Shown: positions 51,001 through 60,000 of the stretch, in pieces
How the letters are laid out: every line of letters begins with the position of its first letter
Numbering within the stretch: position 1 is the stretch's first letter
Assembly (NCBI RefSeq): GCF_020745735.1
Contig: NC_083435.1
Location: forward strand, 13,113,201-13,177,200
DNA from: Hemiscyllium ocellatum
Lineage: Eukaryota
Direction: 5' to 3'
Length of the DNA: 64,000 nucleotides
Program-made: the position numbers and the translations under genes
The notes under the pieces: generated by a model
Databases searched by the model: none
Seen by the model: the letters and a program-made list of their open reading frames with translations, nothing else
What the model was told of the DNA's origin: nothing

Positions 51001-54000
51001 ATGGGCAAGTTGTTGGAGGGAATCCTGAGGGACAGGATTTTTATGTATTTGGAAAGATAAGGGTTGATCAGGGATAGTCAGCATGGCTTTGTGCATGGGA
51101 AATTATGTCTCACAACCTTGATTGAGTTTTTAGAAGAAGTAACAAAGAGGGTTGATGAAGGCAGAGCGGTAGACGTGATCTGTATGGACTTCAATAAGGT
51201 GTTTGACAAGTTTCCTCATAGGAGACTGATTAGCAAGATTAGATAACATGGAATATAGGGAGAACTAGCCATTTGGGTACAGAACTGTCTTGAAGGTAGA
51301 AGACAGAGGATGGTGGTGGAGGGTTGTTTTTTCCGACGGGAGCTCTGTCTCCGGTGATGCGCCACAAGGATTGGTGCTGAGTCCTCTGCTTTTCGTCATT
51401 TATATAAATGGTTTAGTTGTGAACATAGGAGGTATTGTTAATAAGTTTCCAGATGACGCCAAAATTGGAGGTGTAGCCAACAGCGAAGAACGTTACCTCC
51501 GAGTACAATGGGATCTTGATCAGATGGGCCAATGGGCTGAGGAGTGGCAGATGGAATTTAATTTAGATACATGTGAGGTGGTGCATATTGGAAAATCAAA
51601 TCTTAGCAGGTCCTATGGAGTGTTGCTGAACAGAGACCTTGGAGTGCAGGTTCATAATCGCAGGTAGATGGTATAGTGAAGAAGGTATTTAGTATGTTTT
51701 CCTTTATTGGAGTTGGGAGGTCATGTTGCAGCGATACAGGACATTGGTTAGGCCACTTTTGGAATATTGTGTGCAATTCTGGTCTCCTTCCTATCGGAAA
51801 GATGTTCAGTAAAGATTTACAAGGATGTTGCCAGGTTTGGAGGATTTGAGCTATAGGGAGAGGCTGAATAGGCTGGGGCTGTTTTCCCTGGAGAGTCAGA
51901 GGCTGAGGGTTGACCTTGTAGAAGTTTATAAAATCATGAGGGGCACGAATAAGATAAGTAGACAAGGTCTTTTCTGTGGGGGAGAGGAGTCCAGAACCAG
52001 AGGACATAGGTTTAGGGTGAGCGCAGAAAAATTTAAAAGGGACCTAAGTCGCAACTTTTTCTCACAGAGGATGGTGCGTGTATGGAATAAGCTACCAGAG
52101 GCAGTGGTGGAGATTGATACAATGATAGCATTTAAAAGGCATCTGGATGGGTATATGAATAGGAAGGGTTTAGAGGGATATGGACCAGGTGCTGGCAAAT
52201 GAGACTAGATTAGGTTAGGATATCTGGTTGGCATGGACAAGTTGGACCGAAGGGTCTGTTTCCATGCTATACATCTCCATGACTCTAAACGCTAACAGCC
52301 TCTCACCTCTTCCACTCTTACTCCCTTGTTAGCACCTGTCTCTGGCCAGCTAGCACTACACTTCAGCGCTAGCACAATCACTTTTTAGCTGAGTTACATG
52401 TTGGACAGCATATCTTTGGTAGGGATGGAACGTGTCGGAGTTGCAGTGTTGCAGTAAATGGTAAGAAACTTTCTACTAGCAGAATGGTTGATGGTGAGTC
52501 ATACGACATGGAAATAGACCCTTCGGTCCCACCTAAGGATACTGGGTAATCCAAAATGGAGGACAAGAAATAAAATGTGGCTGTAAAAGCTGCTCCTTTT
52601 TGGATTAATTTTCGATGTCTGAGCTGATTTCCTCTAATTCTTGGAGCAGTAATTTCTGTTTTATAAGCTGTTACATTGTTTTGGAACTTTTTTTTTGAGG
52701 TGGGGTGGGGAGAATGGTGAAGACCAAAATAACAGTACTTTAAAAAGGAGGAAGAGTGAGTGTGCAGGGACCATATGGGAGGTAAAAGAAATGGAGCAGT
52801 AAACCTAGACAGCTGTCTGATCAGGCAGTGAACCTGCACAGCTGACTGCCTCTGCTGTTTAGTTTCAAGTGTCCCTGAGTTCACCTTAAGAAATATAACA
52901 GACAGTGCAATTCACAATTAACCTTGGACAAACCAGTGTATGGAGCTCAGGAGTGGAACAGGTAAGTGGCCACTTTTTCAAAAATGTAACCTTAACTTTT
53001 GTTTGTAAATCTACAATAGTGAGGAGAATTTTTTTTAAATTATGTGTATTATTGAGAAATGTCTCGATTAAACATTAAGAGTATAACCACTAGGTTATCC
53101 TGTAGCAGTAAGACTCTGCTATTTTCTGACTCTGTAGATTGTTAAGGTGCAAAGATGGCCTTTAGTAGGATTATATGCTCTTCCTGTCAGATGTAGGAGA
53201 TTAGGGAGAGTTTCCATGTTACTGATGATTATGTCTGCAATAAGTGTGTTTGGTTGTAAGTCCTGTTGGATTGCATGGATAGATTGAAGTGACAGCTAGA
53301 GGCAGTGAGGAATGTAGAGGAGCTGGGAGTGTGATAGGTGGCAGTTGCAGGAGCGATGGGCAGGTGGTGCAGTAGTCTCCTGTGGCTATTCCCATTTCAA
53401 GCAAGTACGCTGTTTTGGAAAATGTGGGGTCTGATAGACTCTCAGGGGAATGTAGCACTAACAGCCAGTTTTCTGGTACCAAGACTAGCTGTAATGTAAC
53501 AAGGGGTATGTCAGGTTCTAAGCGACGATAGGCGACTCTCTCGTCAGAGGCACAGACAGATGAGAACACAGCTGACAACAAGACATCAGAATGGCGTGTT
53601 GGTTTCCTAATTCCAGGATCAAGGATGTCTCAGAGAGGGTACAAAATAATCTTAAAGGGGAGACGGACAAGCAGGATCTCATTGTACACACTAAAACTAA
53701 CAACGTAGGAAGAGAAAAGTTTCTGTGACAAGAACATAAGAATAAGGCAGGTCCTCGAGAATAGTAATATCTGGGTTACTCCCAATGCCACAAGCTAGTG
53801 AGAGTAGGAATAGGAAGAAGGAACAGACGAATGTGTGGCTGAGAAGCTGGTGCAGGGGAGAAGGATTTGCGTTTTTGGATAATTGGAATCCTTTTTATGG
53901 TAAAAATGACAGATTGTACCTGAATTGGAAGGGGGCGAATATATTAATGAGGAGGTTTGCTAGAGATTCTCTGGAGGATTTAAATGACTAAGAGGGGAAT

Positions 54001-57000
54001 CAATGGGATCTAGTGAGAAAAAAAGATCAGCCTGAGACTGATGGGCATGCAGGAACAAAACCGAGAACAAGGTGGGATTAATAAATTTAAACTGCATTTA
54101 TTTCAGTGCAAGAGGCCTAACAGGGAAGTCAGATGAACTCGGATAGCACTGGGATATCATCGTAGTTACAGAGACGTGGCTCAGGGATGGACAAGACTGG
54201 CAGCTTAATGTTCGAGGGTATGGATTGTATAGGAAGGATAGAAAGGGGGGCAAGAGAGGCATCTGCATGGGTGTATGAAAAGGAAGGTTTCGAGGGATAT
54301 GAATTAAATGTGGTCAAAGGGGACGATTAATTTAGGATATTTGGTCAGCATGGATGCGTTAGACTGAAGGGTTGGTTTCCATGATGTACAGTTCTATGAT
54401 TTTAGGCCATGCTAACCAGTTTCCTAAACTAAAGTCATCCCACTTGCCTGCATTTGGCCCATGTCCTTCTAAACCTTTACAATCATGTACCTATTTGAAT
54501 ATCTTTTAAATGTTGTGACTGTACAGGCACCTTTTACTTCCTCTGGCAGTTCATTCCACACATGAGCCACCCTCTTTGAAAAACTTGCTCCTCGGGTGCC
54601 TTTTAAGTCTTTCTCCTCTCACCTTTTTAAAATATGCACCCTAGTTTTGAAGTCACCCACTCTTGGGGAAAAGACCTTGGCTATTCATCTTATCCATGCT
54701 TCTAATGATTTTATTTCAGGACCCCCCCCGCCGATTCCTCTTCTGCTCCAGTGAAAAAAGGTTCCATCCTATCCTCAAAACATAAACCCTTCAGACCCAG
54801 AAACATCCTGGTAAATGTTTTCTGAGTAATGAAGACCAGTGAGCTAGCGCGCTAAATGTCTTCTTAATTGCTCTGTCTGCCTGTGCTGCAACTTTCAACA
54901 AGCTGTGTACCTGAACACCTAAAGGCAACTGATTTAAGATTATTGGCAAAGGGACAAGACAGATGGAGGGAAACCATGTTTCTTTTATGGAGCAGGTTGT
55001 CATGGTTTAGAAGAACTTGTGATCTTCAATGCTGCCCTTCAGTTGTACAGTCTTTAGCCACTTTACCATCGATGACCATGGCATTTGCTCCCTGGCCTCT
55101 AAATCTCTCCTTTTTCAAGATACCTCTTAAAACCATTCTCTGACCAAGCTGCTACATTACATCTTCAGCGTAAAATTTTACTTAGTAAAGAACCTTGGGA
55201 TGTTTCACTGCATTGATGGCTCTGGGCAAATGCAAGATGTTGTGGTTGTAAGGATGGTGGAGGTAAATTGACTAGTACCTTTCGAAAGAGATTTGGGATA
55301 ATGCTTTGATGTGTGACAAATGAAATTGTTTGGATAAGGGAAAGAGCAGGGGATAGGGACAAACAGGACAGCTCTTCCGACGAGCCAGCACAAAAACAAT
55401 TGGCTGAGTGACCTGCACCCATGCTGTTCCAATATTGTGATGATTTATTTCCTTCCTCAGGCCACGCTGCTAAGACATTCCCCACCTCCCCCACCAAGGC
55501 TTTGGGTGCAAACAGAGCGAAGATGACACTAACCGGGATCAACAAGTCGCCGAACTCCATTCAGAGCCTTGCCATGAAGCTGCTCAGCGTGCCGACGGGG
55601 CGGGCGGGCAACGAGGTGGCACCAGTTCCTGTCGAGGTGCAGAGACCAACCTCCACTCCGGATGAGAAACCCAAGGTCCACAAAGCAAGAAAGTCGATAT
55701 CCAGATCCAGTGCCAGTCAGGTAGGTACTGATCAGGGAGGCTTGACTCCCTATGCAATGTCACGGAGCTCAGTCCGTTGCCACGTAGTGGCTGAGAGTAT
55801 GCAAACATAATGGCTTTGAATGCTGTGTCTGGAGGAGACTGAGCAGGGGACATGATGGAGATGTGTAAAATGATGGAGGTAGATAGGGTAGACAGGAAGG
55901 AACTTTTTTCCCCTTGCTGGGAGGACATAGATATAAGAGCAATTTACTGCAGATGTTGGAATCTGAACTGAAAACAAAAGAATGCTGGAAGTCAGTGTTG
56001 CAGACAGCATCCATGGAGAGAGAACAAACTAATGTTTGAGTCTAGATGACTCTTCATCAAAGCTGGTGTGAAGTGTGCAGGGGGTCAGAATTAAAGTGAC
56101 AGTGGGAGGGGTGGGGAACCAGGAAAGATGGTGAGAGGCTGATTTAAGGTAAGGTGAGTAGCATGAGGTTTAGAGAGGATTTGAGAAAACCTTTTTCACC
56201 CGGAGGGTGGTGGAAATTTGGAAATCGCTGCCTGTAAGGATAGTAGAGGCAGAAATCCTCTTAACATTTAAGAATTATTGAGATGTGCACTTGCAATGGC
56301 AAGTGCACATCTCAATGCGGCAGACTGAATGCTGACAGATGGGATTAGAATACTTAGCTTGTTGAGTGCAAACTCAGTGGGCCAGATGGCCTCTTTCTGT
56401 GCTGTTGACCTCTGCGACTCTATCTTGGCTGGGCTACAACAAGGGAAGAATTGGGAGCTGGGAGGTCACTGGTCCCTCCACAAACCGCTTCAGTGTAGGC
56501 CACCTCCAGGAATGGGAAGTTAAACCTGGGGCCTTGTGACTCGGAGGCAAAAGTGCTATTTTTGGAGCACAGGATCTTGTGTGACACTCCTGGTACAGTA
56601 CTGAAGGAGGTGGTTTCTGTCAGACGAGCCATTCTATCGAGGTTCTATCTTGCTGTGCCAGTGGATGTTATATACGAAAAATCCGGCAGAACTAGTTTGA
56701 TAGAAAAGCCGAGAGAGTTATCAAAGCCACAATTTACTCCTTAGTCGACATCTCAGAAACCGATTAGATGGTCATTACTGCATTGTTTTTTGTGGAGGCT
56801 GGCTGTGGGCATTTTGGCCGCTGTGCTTCCAACAATAGAGTGTTGACAGTACTTTGGAAAATGCTTCATTAGCTTAAAGAGGTGGTAAAGGGTCCTCCAC
56901 AAGGTGAAGACTTCAGCAAAAACACTTGAGTTACATGACGAGGGGAGGGATCAGTTCAGGAAAATGTAGACTGACACTTTGTGGTTGGGGGGGGGAGGGT

Positions 57001-60000
57001 GATTTCAAGAATATGGAGTGTATGTTTAAGGTGAGAGGAGAAAGATTTAAAAAAGACATGAGCGGCACTTCTTTTTAGAAGAGAGGGTGGGTCATGTGTG
57101 GAATGAACTTCCAGAGGAAGTGGTGGATGTGGGTATAGCTACAACATTTAAAAGGCATTTGGATAAGTACATGAATAAGAAATGTTTGGAGGAATGTAGA
57201 CTAAGTGCGGGTAAGTGGGGCTAGTTTAGTTTGGGATTATGGGTGGCATGGAGTGGTTGGACCGAAAAGTCAGTTCCCGTGCTGTCTGACTCCATGACTG
57301 TAAAAAGATTTGAGTTTCAAACTTTGCAGACGTTTGGTTGAAATATCTTCACTGTCACAGTATTGTGATTCGCACACACTCAATCACTTCAAAACTAAAA
57401 TAATTCTGCTGTTTTTACACAGAGGTTGTCTATGGAGCTGGGGACCTTGCACATGGAACAATCAGGCCAGATCCCTGGTGTGACGACAGAGCCAGACCTT
57501 GCAGTCCTGGGTCAAGATGAGAATCAGGAGGTGCACAGAGCGAGGAAATCAATACTGAAAGGTGGCTTTAGTCAGGTACGGGGCACAGAACTCCCTCAGA
57601 CTGAGCTGGAGAGCTATGGTAATCAAGGTTCTTTCAGTTTACCTAGGTGTGAATGAAGGCTGCAGACTGGATGAGCTAAGTGACCATGGCATCATGGTAC
57701 AGAAAACCACTCAATATAGAGGAGTAATAAGGACTGCAGTAATAAAATCCCTACAGTGCAGCTAGAGGCCATTTGGCCCCTCAATTCTGCACTGATCCTC
57801 CTACCAGTGTCCTACCCAAACCCAGTCCCCTTGCCTCGCTCTGTAACCCCACATTTACCATGGCTAGTCCACCTAGCCTGCATTCCTGGACATTACAGAC
57901 AATTAAGCATGTTCAATCCCCCCAACAAGCACATCTTTGGAAACCCACGCAGACATGGAGACAACATGCAAATTCCACACAAATAGACAGTCTCTCTACA
58001 GACCCAAAGCTGGAATTGAACCTGGATCCCTGGCACTGTGAAGCAGCAGTGCTAATCACTGTGCATAGTGCTGCCCTTTAGACAGTATTATTAAGGAACT
58101 TAGAATGGGACACTTCAATAAATTCAAGGTGATCAGGCAAAGTCAATATGATTTTGTTAAACCAAGTTCAATCAATTTATCATCATTCTTTGTGGTGGTA
58201 ACTTGTGCTGTGGATATACTGTAACCAGTAAACAGCATGCAATTGTTTTGATTTGATTTATTATTGTCATGCACTGAGATACAGTGAAAACTGTTGTTTT
58301 CTGTGCTATCCACTCAAATCATACCTTACGCAAGTACATCGGGGTACTTGCAGAATATAGTGGTACAGCTGCAAAGAAGGCGCAGAGAAAGATCAACTCT
58401 AATATATGAGAAGTCCGTCCATAAGTCTGATAACAGCAAGAATCTGTTCTTAAGTGTGTTGGTACGTTTTCAAACTTTTGTATTTTCTGTCCGATGGAAG
58501 AGAGTATAGTGGGAGTGGGAGGGATTTTTGATTATGTTGACTGCTTTCCTGAGGCATCAGTTTATTTCCTCTTTACTGACATATGATCCAGGCCATTCAG
58601 TTCATCATGTCTGCTCCACCATTCAGTAAGGTCATAGCTGATCTGATTGTAATCTCGAATCCATATTCCTACCTAGCCTGGTTAACCTCCAACCCTTGCT
58701 TCACAAGACTCTTATTTATCTCTGCCTTACAATGTTCAAGGTCTCGGCTTCCCCTGCTTTTCAGGAAGAGAGATCCAAAGACACTCAACGTTCTGAGAGA
58801 AAAAAATCCATTTGCCAAATGTCTATTTCAAATAAGCAAACTCTGACTTTTAATCAATTAGTCCTAGACCCAGAAGTATCCTCTCTGCCCTGTCAAGATC
58901 TTTCAGGATTCTGTGTGTTTCAAACAAGTTGCCACTTACTCTTTTAACCTCCAGTAAACATAAGCCTACGTTTTCCAACCTTTCTTCCTAAAGCAGCATG
59001 CTCGTTCCAGTTATTGGTCTAGTAAACCTTCTCTAAACTGCCCCAAATGCATTTACAACCTTCATTAAATAAGGCTGTACTGTACAACTAAATAATACGG
59101 TACTCCAGATTTGGTCTCAGTAGTTCTTTGTATGATGGAACGTCCTTACTTTTGTATTGAACTCCCCATGCAATAATGTTAATGTTCCATTAGCTTTCCA
59201 AATTACCTGCTGTACCTGCGTACTAATCTTTTCCCAGATGCTTGTATAATTCAGAGCTCTGCAATTTCTTGCCATTTAGATAAGATGCTTCTTTGATATT
59301 CTGCCTGCCAAAGTGGACAACTTCACATTTTGTTGATTATACTCCATTTTTCACAACTTTACCCAATTACTTAATCTAGCAATTATCTTTTTATAACTTG
59401 CTTGTGTCAAGTCACTTGACTTTTTTGTGTTGTCTGATCCCTGTGGCACACCACAGTTTACACCTTGAGCATTTACACCTACTTTCTGCTCTCTGTTAGC
59501 TTGCCAATCTTCTTTCCGTGCTTTTTAAAGTTGTACATTTGCGTTGTTTGCTGGGGAGGGCTGGAAGTGCATAAACAATGCCACAATGTTGAGGCTGCCT
59601 TTGTACATAACTAGATATCCCATCTTCCTGCCTTTGATTTCCCTGATTTCTTTATCCTCACCTTGTGACTAATCATGCCTGACTGCACACAGAGCTTGGT
59701 GGAGAAGTTGGCGAGCTTGCCTGTCGGCCGGCCAGTTGGTGAAGGTCCTGGAGGAATAGCAGAGTCGGAACATGCAGTGCATTCTCCGGACGAGAACCAG
59801 GACGTCCACCGAGCCCGAAAGTCGATTCTCAAAGGCAACTTCAGTCAGGTAAAGAGAGCTCACTTCACTTCTGAGGAATGGCAAACGAGATGTAGAAATG
59901 TTAAAAGGTAGGGAGGTGTTTTTCTGCTGTTGTAATTAAAGTCAGAGAGTTGTCCAGCACGGAAACAGGCCCTTTGGTCCAACCCGAGCATGCCGACCAG

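Noticed and set aside
47851-52288. Active or domesticated CR1
   Set aside because: Numerous stops and frameshifts, and an altered RT catalytic motif (FPDDAK).
55461-55720. Calling the gene EHMT1/GLP because of GHAAKT and the MASLDAE first exon
   Set aside because: RAKMTLTG..KSP..QSLAMKLLSVP is the G9a-specific block, and ZBTB12 adjacency fits EHMT2.
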